Assembly (NCBI GenBank): GCA_963703315.1
Contig: OY969811.1
Span: 4,064,001 to 4,128,000 of the forward strand
Direction: 5' to 3'
Origin: an uncultured cyanobacterium
GTDB taxonomy: Bacteria; Cyanobacteriota; Cyanobacteriia; Pseudanabaenales; Pseudanabaenaceae
DNA: 64,000 bases
Under the pieces are notes generated by a model. That model saw only the letters and a program-made list of their open reading frames with translations. It made no database searches and was not told where the DNA came from. The position numbers and the translations under genes are program-made. The stretch's first letter is position 1; the number at the start of each line of letters is the position of its first letter. Shown here piece after piece: positions 9,253 to 23,283 of this stretch.

Positions 9253-9864
9253 TTAAAAGTCGTTAATTGATGTGTTGGGGATGGGAGTTTTGGATAGACC
9301 TGCGATCGCCTTTAAATTTTGACAACGGATTAATTCCGTAAATTCTGGCGTATTTCGTCCTGCTAATCGCGCTGCCGCAGGGATGGCATCTAGTAAAGCT
9401 TTAGCTGCTTCTGCTTCACCATAGTTGCGCTTTTGGGCAATGGCGATCGCCTCTTGATCTGCCGCTACTTGGATTTGAGAGCTTTTATTCTTCCGCAAAA
9501 TTTGATTGATGCCGATAGTTCCGAGCAGTAGGGCGATCGCGATACCCGTCACATCTCCCTCCACTGCTTCGACAATGATGCCTACCAGAGATAAGGCGGA
9601 AACACCTTGATAAACTCCTGCTTGCAACCATTTGGTTTGTTGCCGCCAACTGATTTCATGTAAAAGCAATAAATCTCGCTGTGCTTCAGGCAACTGCCGC
9701 CATAATCGAAAATTTATGCCTATTTGGGTGTCTTTAACCCAAGGTAAAATTGGCAAACTGGAGATTGCTTCAGGTTGTTCAGGTATAGACTTGATTGAGG
9801 TGGTCATGCGCCAAGACGCAGGTAAGAGATCCCGCAAGCGAGCAATTTCTTCGTTAATGTTCAT
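9253..9864 (-). CDS. DUF3318-like conserved cyanobacterial protein
   Basis: EIARLRDLLPASWRM N-terminus, QRDLLLLH, two hydrophobic helices, ELIRCQNLKAIAGLS. Confidence 0.75.
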   Translation of the reverse strand: MNINEEIARLRDLLPASWRMTTSIKSIPEQPEAISSLPILPWVKDTQIGINFRLWRQLPEAQRDLLLLHEISWRQQTKWLQAGVYQGVSALSLVGIIVEAVEGDVTGIAIALLLGTIGINQILRKNKSSQIQVAADQEAIAIAQKRNYGEAEAAKALLDAIPAAARLAGRNTPEFTELIRCQNLKAIAGLSKTPIPNTSINDF

Positions 9865-9908
9865 AATATTTCATAATATAATGCAGCTTCTCCTTAACTT
9901 AGAAACCC

Positions 9909-10310
9909 ATGAGCAATAATCTAACCGTCGCCGATGCTGAGCGCATTCTCTGGGAACTAAGCGACTTAGATCAAGTATCTGCCACGACCGAACGGCGATC
10001 GCAAATTCGCGAAGCTTTAGATTACTTAACTAAACAGGCTGATTATCACATTTTTGGGATCTGTGCTGACACTACAGACGAGGCTTTGCAATCCTTAAAA
10101 AGTTATGCGGCTAATTTTCGCTATGAGTTACCTGAATCAGATTTAATAGCGATCGCTGATGGCGTATACCTCAAATATAACCCTCGCAGTCGTCGATATC
10201 ATTTAGACAACTACAAAGGTACTTATCGCGGTGTATTGCTATCCTTTCATACCGATTTTACTGATGGCTATAGCGGCACTCACGGACATTTCCCGTTGGA
10301 TCTTTTCTAA
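9909..10310 (+). CDS. DUF1824-like protein
   Basis: FGICAD, VYLKYN, YRGVLLS, GHFPLDLF C-terminus. Confidence 0.75.
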   Translation: MSNNLTVADAERILWELSDLDQVSATTERRSQIREALDYLTKQADYHIFGICADTTDEALQSLKSYAANFRYELPESDLIAIADGVYLKYNPRSRRYHLDNYKGTYRGVLLSFHTDFTDGYSGTHGHFPLDLF

Positions 10311-10311
10311 A

Positions 10312-10406
10312 AACGGGAACACGGATTAAACGGATTGTGGGATTACACGGATTTTTAATACAGTAGAAAATCTGTGTAATCTCTTAATCTGTCTAATCCG
10401 TGATTC
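10312..10406. repeat. Imperfect palindrome built from about 9-bp ACGGATT-type subrepeats
   Basis: ACACGGATTAAACGGATTGTGGGATTACACGGATT ... AATCTGTGTAATCTCTTAATCTGTCTAATCCGTGATTC, between convergent genes. Confidence 0.7.
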
Positions 10407-10415
10407 TGCCTTTTT

Positions 10416-11855
10416 TTAAAACACTTTGGGAGTGAAGCTACCATGAAATCCATAGGGGACATGATGCTTTAAATGCAATGTCGCCACAGGCTTACCAGCA
10501 ATATTTTGAGCATCAAGCACGACTAAATCTGATCGGTTTTGTTCTCCATCAAATACTAAAGTCAAGACCCATCCATCATCCTCTGCACTATCGGTACGGC
10601 GATCGCGTGGCACAAAAATTGGCTCACCTACAAAACCATGCGGTGCAAAATCATGAATTTCATGCTTGCCCGTTTCCAAATCAACCTTAGCGATCGCCTG
10701 AAAAGGTGCAGGCTCAGATTCCTTCGCAATTGTCGCCAGATAAGCATAGCGATGTTTCTGCCCCACACAACGAGGAGCCACTACAGGAAACTCGCAAGAT
10801 CTTGCCAGTACCAACCTACGGGTGACAGTGCCTAGCTTCGGATTAATCGTAAAGCGATATAACTGACCAGCAGGGATCTTACTAAAATCAACATCTCGAA
10901 AACTAGAATTAGGATCTGCCTTCAGATAGTCAGGATAGCAAACCGAATCTAAAATAATCTCATCGCCATCCTCATAGGCATTGCAGTGATGAAATATAAA
11001 ACAAGACTCAGTGTCAAGAGTTTGCAGATTGCCCTGACGATCCACCAGCAAAACTTGACTTGGCTTACGGGGATTTAACTCCAGACAAGCCCCCGCCGTT
11101 TCAAATCCCAATAGGAAAGGTACCGACTTAAATTTAAAAGGATTTTGGATGAAAACTCGATAATTGGGAGTAACTACAAAATCATGTAAAAAACAAAATC
11201 CTGCCACCTTTACTTCTGATTCTGTTGATAGTTCTCCCTGTTCTGTAAATCGATAAATTGAGATTTTAGATTGTGGACCCGTCTTTACGCCAAAGCACCA
11301 TAAATCACCTGTGCGATCGTCACGTCTGGGATGCGCCGTAAAGGGCTGATCTTTGGAGAGAGTGCCAAAGTTTTCCTCTCCTAATGTCTGTAAATTCTGG
11401 GAATCAAGGGAGTACGGTAGCCCCACTTCGCATAGCGCCAGTAATTTCCCACCTTGATGCACCACACTGGTATTGGCAGGATTCTTAATTCGCACATCAA
11501 ATATGTTATTCAGCCAGCCACCAGATCTTTGTGTGCCAAATACGCTTCTATATAAAATCTTTCCTGCTTTCTGCTCTGCCAGAAGTTCAGGAGTTTTTAC
11601 AAACTGATTGGTGAAATGTGCCTTGCCATCTTTAAAAGCGATCGCGCAGATCATGCCATCGCCATCAAAGGGATGCCCATATTGTTCCCCATTAATATCA
11701 AACTGACCAGGACCATTACGAAATAAAGTCCCCTCTAGCTCTAAAGGTATCTTCCCCTCGATTTCCTCAATCCAATAAGCTTGCTCAGTTCTCAGGGACT
11801 CATACCCCTTGAGCCAATCTTGACGCGAAAAAGTCGGAGATGCAGCCTGAACCAT
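10416..11855 (-). CDS. Carotenoid cleavage oxygenase family protein
   Basis: GTLFRNGPG, HPFDGDG, FTAHP, FLHDF, FIFHH, EDDGW, PYGFHGSF (four Fe-binding His). Confidence 0.93.
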   Translation of the reverse strand: MVQAASPTFSRQDWLKGYESLRTEQAYWIEEIEGKIPLELEGTLFRNGPGQFDINGEQYGHPFDGDGMICAIAFKDGKAHFTNQFVKTPELLAEQKAGKILYRSVFGTQRSGGWLNNIFDVRIKNPANTSVVHQGGKLLALCEVGLPYSLDSQNLQTLGEENFGTLSKDQPFTAHPRRDDRTGDLWCFGVKTGPQSKISIYRFTEQGELSTESEVKVAGFCFLHDFVVTPNYRVFIQNPFKFKSVPFLLGFETAGACLELNPRKPSQVLLVDRQGNLQTLDTESCFIFHHCNAYEDGDEIILDSVCYPDYLKADPNSSFRDVDFSKIPAGQLYRFTINPKLGTVTRRLVLARSCEFPVVAPRCVGQKHRYAYLATIAKESEPAPFQAIAKVDLETGKHEIHDFAPHGFVGEPIFVPRDRRTDSAEDDGWVLTLVFDGEQNRSDLVVLDAQNIAGKPVATLHLKHHVPYGFHGSFTPKVF

Positions 11856-12066
11856 AAATACTTACTATTTATAAATAACTTTCCCCCTATTGTAACAATT
11901 TCGTCACAATTGTGATCTCAATCCCCAAATTCCAATATTAAAAGCCAAGTAACACCAAAACTAAAAATGGCGTTGCCATTTTTAGTTTTATATAATGCAA
12001 ATCCCAAATAGAGTGGCGACGCTTTGCACCGCCACTCTATTTGGGATTTGCATTACTTGACGACCG

Positions 12067-12375
12067 CTATAAATCTTTGATTGGATGAGAAATTTCTTTT
12101 AAAGATTTCCCCATTTCTTGCTCTGACTCGCTCAAAGACCAGCGATAAGACACATCAATGCCATGATATTGGCACAGATCTTCAACTTGTTTTTGTAAAG
12201 CAAAAGCCTTACGTAAATTAATAATCGCAGCCTGAAGATGTTGCCTAGAGGCGTTCATCTTTGCTGCTAGATGGGGTTGCTTCATTTCAGTGTGCAGCGC
12301 TGGCAATGTTTGACGCTCTAACAACTGAAGTAAAAGCTCGTAGTGGATATGGGATGGAACAGGAAGTGAACTCAC
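12067..12375 (-). CDS. DUF5340-like small cyanobacterial protein (likely GTG start at 12375)
   Basis: LPVPSHIHYELLLQLLERQT and LRKAFALQKQ...YRWSL motifs. Confidence 0.7.
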   Translation of the reverse strand: MSSLPVPSHIHYELLLQLLERQTLPALHTEMKQPHLAAKMNASRQHLQAAIINLRKAFALQKQVEDLCQYHGIDVSYRWSLSESEQEMGKSLKEISHPIKDL

Positions 12376-12548
12376 AAATACCTCGATCGGGTCAAAACCA
12401 AAATTCAGACTTGGCTGTATATTGAGTTGAAGTTTTGGCAAGCTCTTGCAAAAAAGCCCCTCAAGAAACTATTTGAGGTACTCAGCGTCAAGCTCGACAT
12501 CCAAAACTTAAAAATTTGAGACTTAAATAAATTGTAGAGGATAAATTT

Positions 12549-14216
12549 ATGTCATTTTCACGGACATCTCTGAGACTTGCTTTTCTTTTTACTTTTGGAT
12601 TGTCTCAGATTGCTACATTATCCACATTAAGCGAGTCGGCGATCGCCCAAAACTTTACATCTAGATCAAACTCATCTTCTACTCTCCTTGCCCAAGCCAA
12701 CACCATTATTTTTGTTTCTGCTAATGGTTCAGACGCTAATTCTGGAATATCGGCTGATCAGCCATTGCGATCGCTAACTGCGGCACTCAAAAAAAATCCT
12801 CAAACTGGCGCAGTCATTCAACTAGCCTCTGGGACTTACTCAGCCGAAACGGGCGAACAATTTCCACTCATAATTCCCGCAGGTGTTACTTTGCGGGGCA
12901 ACGCCAGCAATCAAGGTCAAGGAATTAATATTTTAGGTGGAGGTGCTTTCGTTAGCCCCACCTTTGCCCGTCAAAATATCGCCATCCTTGCAGAGAGTGG
13001 CTCTAGCATCGAAGGGATCACCCTCACCAATAAAAATCCCAGAGGATATGCCCTTTGGGTTGAATCCGCCCGAAACGTTACTGTCACTGGTAATACTTTC
13101 ATCAACTCTACCCACGACGGAGTTTTCTTAACAGGGGCAACTTCCGCTAATGTGAGCAACAATATCTTTACCAAAAATGGCGCAAATGGTATATCGGCGC
13201 TGGGTACAAGTACAGGCAATATTCAGTCAAACACCTTTGACAACACAGGCTTTGGACTAGCGATCGGTCAAAACTCCAAAGTAGCTGTTATTTCTAATCG
13301 GATCGTCAATAATCGTGGTGGTATCGTTGTCTCCAACCTATCTACCCCATCATTTCGCAATAATCTCATTGCCAACAATCAAGAAAATGGTTTGGTAATT
13401 CTCAAAGATCGCAAAGGTCAACCCACCGTCGATCTTGGTACAACCGATAACCCTGGTCAAAACATTTTTCAAAACAATAAACAAACTGACATCAACAATG
13501 CCTCTGGAGTCACAATTGTGGCGATCGGCAACCAAGTTGACCCAAAACGTGTGCAAGGTTCAGTGCAACTTGTCCAGTCATCCACCCCAATCACCTCACC
13601 ATCTACCCCCACAGCCCCAACTACTCAAGTTGCTTTTAAAGATGTCCCTAGTAACTACTGGGCGCAAACCTTTATCCAAGAACTAGCCTCCAGAAATATT
13701 ATCAAAGGTTTCCCCGATGGCAGTTTCCGACCCAACGATCCCGTTACCAGAGCGCAATTTGCCGCACTACTTAGCCAAGCAATGAACAAGCAAGCCATCC
13801 GTAGCAACACCACTTTCACTGACGTTGCCTCAACTTATTGGGCTGCTGCTCCCATTCAAAAGGCTTATACCACAGGCTTTATGTCTGGCTATTCCAGCAC
13901 GAACTTTCGCCCAAATGAAAAAATTTCCCGTGTCCAGATTTTGGTTTCCCTAGTCAATGGACTAGGCTACACACCAACTAAATCTACCGATGCCACCTTA
14001 CAAGCTTATTCAGACGCATCTACTATCCCTGCCTATGCCCGTAATAGTGTCGCTGCGGCAACTGAAAATCGCATGGTTGTAAATTATCCCAATCTAAAAC
14101 TCTTAAATCCTAATCAGCCTGTTACCAGAGCCGAAGTTGCTGCTTTCGTCTATCAAGCCCTAGTGCGATCGGGACAAATTCAATCAACTTCTTCCCCCTA
14201 CATTGTGACCCCATAA
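12549..14216 (+). CDS. Secreted DUF1565/parallel beta-helix protein with C-terminal S-layer homology domains
   Basis: Signal peptide, GTYSAETGEQFPL, SPTFARQN, beta-helix repeats, P/T linker, SLH motifs (FKDVPSNYWA, GFPDGSFRP, TRAEVAA). Confidence 0.88.
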   Translation: MSFSRTSLRLAFLFTFGLSQIATLSTLSESAIAQNFTSRSNSSSTLLAQANTIIFVSANGSDANSGISADQPLRSLTAALKKNPQTGAVIQLASGTYSAETGEQFPLIIPAGVTLRGNASNQGQGINILGGGAFVSPTFARQNIAILAESGSSIEGITLTNKNPRGYALWVESARNVTVTGNTFINSTHDGVFLTGATSANVSNNIFTKNGANGISALGTSTGNIQSNTFDNTGFGLAIGQNSKVAVISNRIVNNRGGIVVSNLSTPSFRNNLIANNQENGLVILKDRKGQPTVDLGTTDNPGQNIFQNNKQTDINNASGVTIVAIGNQVDPKRVQGSVQLVQSSTPITSPSTPTAPTTQVAFKDVPSNYWAQTFIQELASRNIIKGFPDGSFRPNDPVTRAQFAALLSQAMNKQAIRSNTTFTDVASTYWAAAPIQKAYTTGFMSGYSSTNFRPNEKISRVQILVSLVNGLGYTPTKSTDATLQAYSDASTIPAYARNSVAAATENRMVVNYPNLKLLNPNQPVTRAEVAAFVYQALVRSGQIQSTSSPYIVTP

Positions 14217-14344
14217 CCCCTTAATCCTAAAAATTGCCACACCTACCAAGAAAAACAAAAAAACTTTTTACCCTTAAAAGACTTGTCCCATAAGGAACTG
14301 AAGCCATAGCGTTGAAAAAAAATCAAACTTTTCAAAAAAAGGTA

Positions 14345-14373
14345 TTGACAAACCGATTTAACCTTGCTAACTT
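14345..14373 (+). promoter_or_regulatory. rRNA operon sigma70-type promoter
   Basis: TTGACA at 14345, 17-bp spacer, TGn-extended TAACTT at 14368, upstream A-tracts. Confidence 0.7.
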
Positions 14374-14624
14374 AATAAAGCGCTGAAGGGCGAGCGGAGC
14401 GAAAGCGAAGCGAACCCGCCGAAAGAGAAGCGCGAAGAACCTAGACAAAAGAATAGTTTGAAAGCTTTAAGAAACCAATAAACCTCGTCAAAAAACATAA
14501 AAGACTAGATTATTGAGAAATAACTAGCTATCCGACAGGATAAGCGAAAAGCTTAAAAAAGTCAAACCCATCCGAAAGGAAAAACGCTTTAGAAAAGTAG
14601 GAAGCAATTCTGAAAGTATAAAGA

Positions 14625-16110
<1,486 letters not shown>

Positions 16111-16242
16111 ATAGGGAGACCTATTTATGTCTAGACTGAACCAATACAGAATTAGGTCAGGCATAAGTCATCCCAAGGTCGAACGAAGTTTATTGGAAAG
16201 CTTTCAAACTAAGTCAGGTTCTAAATTTGGCTAAAAACAAAC

Positions 16243-16316
<74 letters not shown>

Positions 16317-16367
16317 CTTGAGAAGCTAAAAGCTAGAGGCTAAAAGCCAAAAGCAATAGTTAACTCT

Positions 16368-16443
16368 GGGGATATAGCTCAGTTGGTAGAGCGCCTGCTT
16401 TGCACGCAGGAAGTCAGGAGTTCGAATCTCCTTATCTCCACCA
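16368..16443 (+). tRNA. trnA: tRNA-Ala(TGC), CCA encoded
   Basis: GGGGATATAGCTCAG...TTTGCAC...GTTCGAATC...TCTCCACCA. Confidence 0.96.
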
Positions 16444-16617
16444 AACTACTAAAACCAACAAAAGCAAAAGCAAGAGTTTAGCAACTTATCTAGTTAGGTA
16501 AAACCTAAAAACTAGAGAGACTGCTAAATTCTAGCGAAAGCAAGAATTTAGAAAGAACCTTGAAAACTGCATAGTAATAGTAATAAGAAGCAAGTAGATC
16601 CAAAGTGGAAACACAGA

Positions 16618-19439
<2,822 letters not shown>

Positions 19440-19529
19440 AATATTCCGCAATTAAATCTACAAATCATCTAATTACTATTACTGTGCAGCTTTCAAGGTT
19501 CTTACCTATCAGGTAGACCTTACAAGTTT

Positions 19530-19647
19530 GCTTGGTGTCTATGGTGCGGTGGAACCACTCTGACCCATCCCGAACTCAGTTGTGAAACGCTGTCACGGTG
19601 AAGATACTTTAGGGGTAGCCCTACGGGAAAATAGCTCGATGCCAAGC
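19530..19647 (+). rRNA. rrf: 5S rRNA
   Basis: GCTTGGTGTC...CCCATCCCGAACTC...GATGCCAAGC; termini pair. Confidence 0.95.
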
Positions 19648-19655
19648 TCAATCTT

Positions 19656-19700
19656 AAGAAAATAGAGACTCAAATTATACATTTGAGTCTCTATTTTCTT
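19656..19700 (+). terminator. rRNA operon terminator hairpin
   Basis: AAGAAAATAGAGACTCAAAT...ATTTGAGTCTCTATTTTCTT directly after the 5S gene. Confidence 0.75.
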
Positions 19701-19722
19701 TTATGATATGTTTTGAGGCTGA

Positions 19723-20250
19723 ATGTTAGCAATGCAAAAATTATTCTCTAAGGATATTATGAAATACTGGCGATTGATTATAAGTATCGTTTTGTCAACA
19801 GTAATGTTCTTAATGCCATTATCAGTTCAAGCCGCTAGCTCTTCCAGTGTTACTCGATCAATTCTAAATGATGTGGGAGGTGAAGATTTTTCTAGTCAAA
19901 GTCTAATTCGGGCTGAATTTACTAGTACTACTCTAAAAAATACTAATTTTACTAATTCTGATTTGAGAGGTGCTCTCTTTAATGGAGTGTTACTAGATGG
20001 AGCGAATATGCATGGTAGTGATTTCAGTTCGGGGATAGCTTATGTATCTAAATTTAAAAATGTTGATTTAAGTGATGCAATTTTAGCTGATGCCAATATG
20101 CTGAGATCGACTTTTGATAATGTGGATGTTACTGGTGCTGATTTTACTAATGCTCTGCTAGATATACAACAACTTAAGAAGCTCTGTATTAATGCATCTG
20201 GTAAGAATTCTAAAACAGGTGTTGATACGCGTGAATCTCTTGGTTGTTAA
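19723..20250 (+). CDS. Pentapeptide-repeat protein with signal peptide (start may be 19759)
   Basis: A(D/N)LxxA-type repeats; C-terminal LC...TRESLGC. Confidence 0.88.
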   Translation: MLAMQKLFSKDIMKYWRLIISIVLSTVMFLMPLSVQAASSSSVTRSILNDVGGEDFSSQSLIRAEFTSTTLKNTNFTNSDLRGALFNGVLLDGANMHGSDFSSGIAYVSKFKNVDLSDAILADANMLRSTFDNVDVTGADFTNALLDIQQLKKLCINASGKNSKTGVDTRESLGC

Positions 20251-20279
20251 AAGAAGGGAGCGCTATTGCGCTCCCTTTT

Positions 20280-21857
20280 TTACTCTAGAGGTTCGACGGA
20301 TACACCACGAATAATTCTAGATAGCTCTGATTTTTCGTCGACTGATACTCGAGTTGGTGATCCACTTAAAATACGCTCAAATCCTTGGAATGAATCTTTG
20401 ATTTGTGCGCCTTCATCGGTAATTACATATTCACGAATACGGCTATCGTGACGAGAGCCACGCATTTTAAATACATTGACTGCACGTGACATTTGCCCAC
20501 GAATTTCTACATATTGCAACAAAATAATTGTGTCTGTAATTGTCGAAATATGAGATTCGGTAATTGAATGCGAACCCATGAATTGATCGGTTGTATTTGT
20601 AAATAAGCCAGTAATTTCTTCCTGTTTGACATAGCCTGTTAAGCCGATGACAAATTGACGAAATGTGTTGTTACTTACGCCTCTAGCTAATGCTGAGAGT
20701 GAGTCGATCGCAATACGTGATGGTTTAAATGCCTCAATTTCTGATTTGATAACTTGTAAATGATCTTCTAAGCCAGAGGATTCTGGATAAACACAGATAA
20801 TTTTTAGTAAGCCTGAACTCTCCCATCTGTCAAAATCGGTTCCCCAAGATGATGCATTTCGCGTAAGTTGTTGGCGTGACTCCTCATAGGCAAATAAAAT
20901 TGCGCGTTCACCATTTTCGCAACCATTTTCAATGAACTTGCTAACCATAAGGGTCTTGCCAGTACCCGTTGCTCCAGTAGTCAAGATTATGGAGTCTTTG
21001 AAATAGCCGCCGCCACACATTTCATCAAGGGTAGTAATACCCGAAGAGACTCTGGTATTAGAAGATTTTTGGGTAAGACGCATTGCGCCTAAGGGGAAGA
21101 TATTGATCCCTTTTGTGGTCATTGTGAAGGGGAATTCTCCCTTCATGTGAGTTGTACCGCGCAGCTTGAGAATTTCGGCGGTACGATGGCGACGTTCTCC
21201 ATCAAGGACATTTCTTAAAATAATTACATTATCGGAAACAAATTCTTCTACACCAAATCTTGCTACGGGACCATACTCTAACTCGCGCTCGGTAGTCATT
21301 ACTGTAGTTACACCCAAAGATTTGAGTCGAGCAACAATCCGAAAAATCTCACGACGAACTAAACCTAGGGAGTCATACTGTTGAAAAATCGCAGTCATCG
21401 AATCAATAGAGATCCGCTTTGCTTTGTATTTAATGATTGCGTATTGAATGCGCTCAATTAAAGCTGATAGATCAAAATCACCGACTACTTCTTGACCTTC
21501 AGGATCTGGAGATGCATCAAGGATAAATAATCGACCTTCATCAATTAGTTTTTGGAGATCCCAATTAAAACTGTGGGCATTCTTGATAATATCGGAAGGG
21601 GATTCTTCAAAGGTAACAAATACGCCATGCTCGTCTAATCCTGTAATGCCATTGTAGAGAAACTGCATCGCTAATAGAGTTTTACCAGTACCAGATGTCC
21701 CACTTACTAGAGTCGATCGCCCCTTTGGTAGTCCCCCATGAGTGATGTCATCTAACCCCTCGATCATGGTGCGGAGCTTTTGGACACCTAAATCTTGTCT
21801 TTTATTCTCATTACTGCTGCCGCTAATATTTTCAATGGATGCGCTACTCATTGCCAA
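20280..21857 (-). CDS. kaiC: Circadian clock protein KaiC
   Basis: Two RecA-like domains ([16 protein letters not shown]), EE catalytic pairs, SHISTITD phosphorylation site. Confidence 0.98.
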   Translation of the reverse strand: MAMSSASIENISGSSNENKRQDLGVQKLRTMIEGLDDITHGGLPKGRSTLVSGTSGTGKTLLAMQFLYNGITGLDEHGVFVTFEESPSDIIKNAHSFNWDLQKLIDEGRLFILDASPDPEGQEVVGDFDLSALIERIQYAIIKYKAKRISIDSMTAIFQQYDSLGLVRREIFRIVARLKSLGVTTVMTTERELEYGPVARFGVEEFVSDNVIILRNVLDGERRHRTAEILKLRGTTHMKGEFPFTMTTKGINIFPLGAMRLTQKSSNTRVSSGITTLDEMCGGGYFKDSIILTTGATGTGKTLMVSKFIENGCENGERAILFAYEESRQQLTRNASSWGTDFDRWESSGLLKIICVYPESSGLEDHLQVIKSEIEAFKPSRIAIDSLSALARGVSNNTFRQFVIGLTGYVKQEEITGLFTNTTDQFMGSHSITESHISTITDTIILLQYVEIRGQMSRAVNVFKMRGSRHDSRIREYVITDEGAQIKDSFQGFERILSGSPTRVSVDEKSELSRIIRGVSVEPLE

Positions 21858-22143
21858 TTAATTCCTCATATAGTAAGTCGAGTCCGATTAACACTTTTTC
21901 ACGATCAGACAGATCGCCAATAATTTTTCTAACTGGGGGAGGTAAAACCTTTGCTAAGGTTGGGGTAGCTAGAATTTTATCTTCTTCCGCTAGTTGTGGG
22001 TTTTTAAGTACATCAATGACCTTCAATGTATAAACTCCTTGAAACTCTTTCTCAAGGATATCGTTAAGCATCTTCAGCGCCCTCACTGAGTTTGGCGTGT
22101 TGCCTGCGACATAGAGTTTTAGGACGTAGGTTTTACGAATCAT
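21844..22143 (-). CDS. kaiB: Circadian clock protein KaiB
   Basis: [28 protein letters not shown]. Confidence 0.98.
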   Translation of the reverse strand: MIRKTYVLKLYVAGNTPNSVRALKMLNDILEKEFQGVYTLKVIDVLKNPQLAEEDKILATPTLAKVLPPPVRKIIGDLSDREKVLIGLDLLYEELIGNE

Positions 22144-22248
22144 TTCATTAATTTGGGTTGCGTCGGCTATTTATAACTTATCTCTTAAACTTCTAGACAA
22201 TAAATCTTTGCATTGGGTATAGGTTTGTTAAATTATGCAAATGTAATT

Positions 22249-23121
22249 TTACGAGCGTGGAATCGATCGCCTATATAGTTCACAGAGATGAGCAATCATG
22301 TCAATTAGCGTAATTCGATAATCTAGTAAAATTTCATCATTTCTACCTTCCAGTCTTAACTGCTTGGCAAATTCATCCATGAGTTCCATGTGAATTTCTA
22401 GAACCTGTGATACAGAAATATCAGCAAAGAAGGATAAATTCACAAATTCATCGATTTTTTGATTTAAATCATCATTTTTTTCGAGAAAATATTCTAAAAT
22501 AATTGATCGATAGATGTTTTTTAGGCGTACGATGTACTCTTGCCTATCTTCAGAAGATAGGTTGCGTAGAAATAACCGTGGATCACGTTTGTAGTACACC
22601 CCCAAATACCCTAATCTCTCATTGAGTTTCTCAGCTAGTCTCTGTTGTTGAACACTTAAAGATTCAGAAGCAGGACTGTAAGGAATATTGACATAGACTT
22701 GATGCCTAACTTGTGGTGAAATCTTGATAAAGGTAGTGATTGCTTGATCAATAATTGTCGGTAGATTTTGAAGCTGCTCAGAGTTAATACTAATACTGGC
22801 TCGATAAAAGTCTTTTGATTCGCTTTGTTCATGGGGAGGTTCGCTTTGTTCATAAAGATCATTTTCTAGAACTAGTATGGTAGGCATGAAGATATTTAAC
22901 ATACCAAGATGATCGACGATCGCCTCAGCATCTCTAAATATCACTAGACAATCTTGGGTATTTTGAGATTTGGTTAGTAGGCTTACAAGTGCGTCCAAGT
23001 CAGACACAACCGTAACGGTGTATCGATCCTCTGGCAAAAACTTTGACAGAGTAGATTTAGTTTGGTTGACATTAGTTTCTGCCACCAAACAGCATACTTG
23101 TAGATTGGACAGAACAGGCAC
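22249..23121 (-). CDS. kaiA: Circadian clock protein KaiA (full-length, with N-terminal domain)
   Basis: ERLGYLGVYYKRDP, EIHMELMDEF, LLDYRITLID, AHLCELYRRSIPR. Confidence 0.96.
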   Translation of the reverse strand: MPVLSNLQVCCLVAETNVNQTKSTLSKFLPEDRYTVTVVSDLDALVSLLTKSQNTQDCLVIFRDAEAIVDHLGMLNIFMPTILVLENDLYEQSEPPHEQSESKDFYRASISINSEQLQNLPTIIDQAITTFIKISPQVRHQVYVNIPYSPASESLSVQQQRLAEKLNERLGYLGVYYKRDPRLFLRNLSSEDRQEYIVRLKNIYRSIILEYFLEKNDDLNQKIDEFVNLSFFADISVSQVLEIHMELMDEFAKQLRLEGRNDEILLDYRITLIDMIAHLCELYRRSIPRS

Positions 23122-23283
23122 GGGCTATTGGTGGTTGGAATGGCTGGGATTTTATCTTAATCTTTATTTTCGCACTTAAATTGCGAAATCATGTGAGATT
23201 GATGATTGTACTACATATAAAAATTTATAGGTTGTTAGTGACAAACAACACTTATTAACAATAACCCGTAAGGGTTTCAGAAT

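Noticed and set aside
16321..16354. 7-bp AAAAGCT-like tandem between the ITS tRNAs
   Set aside because: Short degenerate heptamer tract of the kind common in filamentous cyanobacteria; no further signal.
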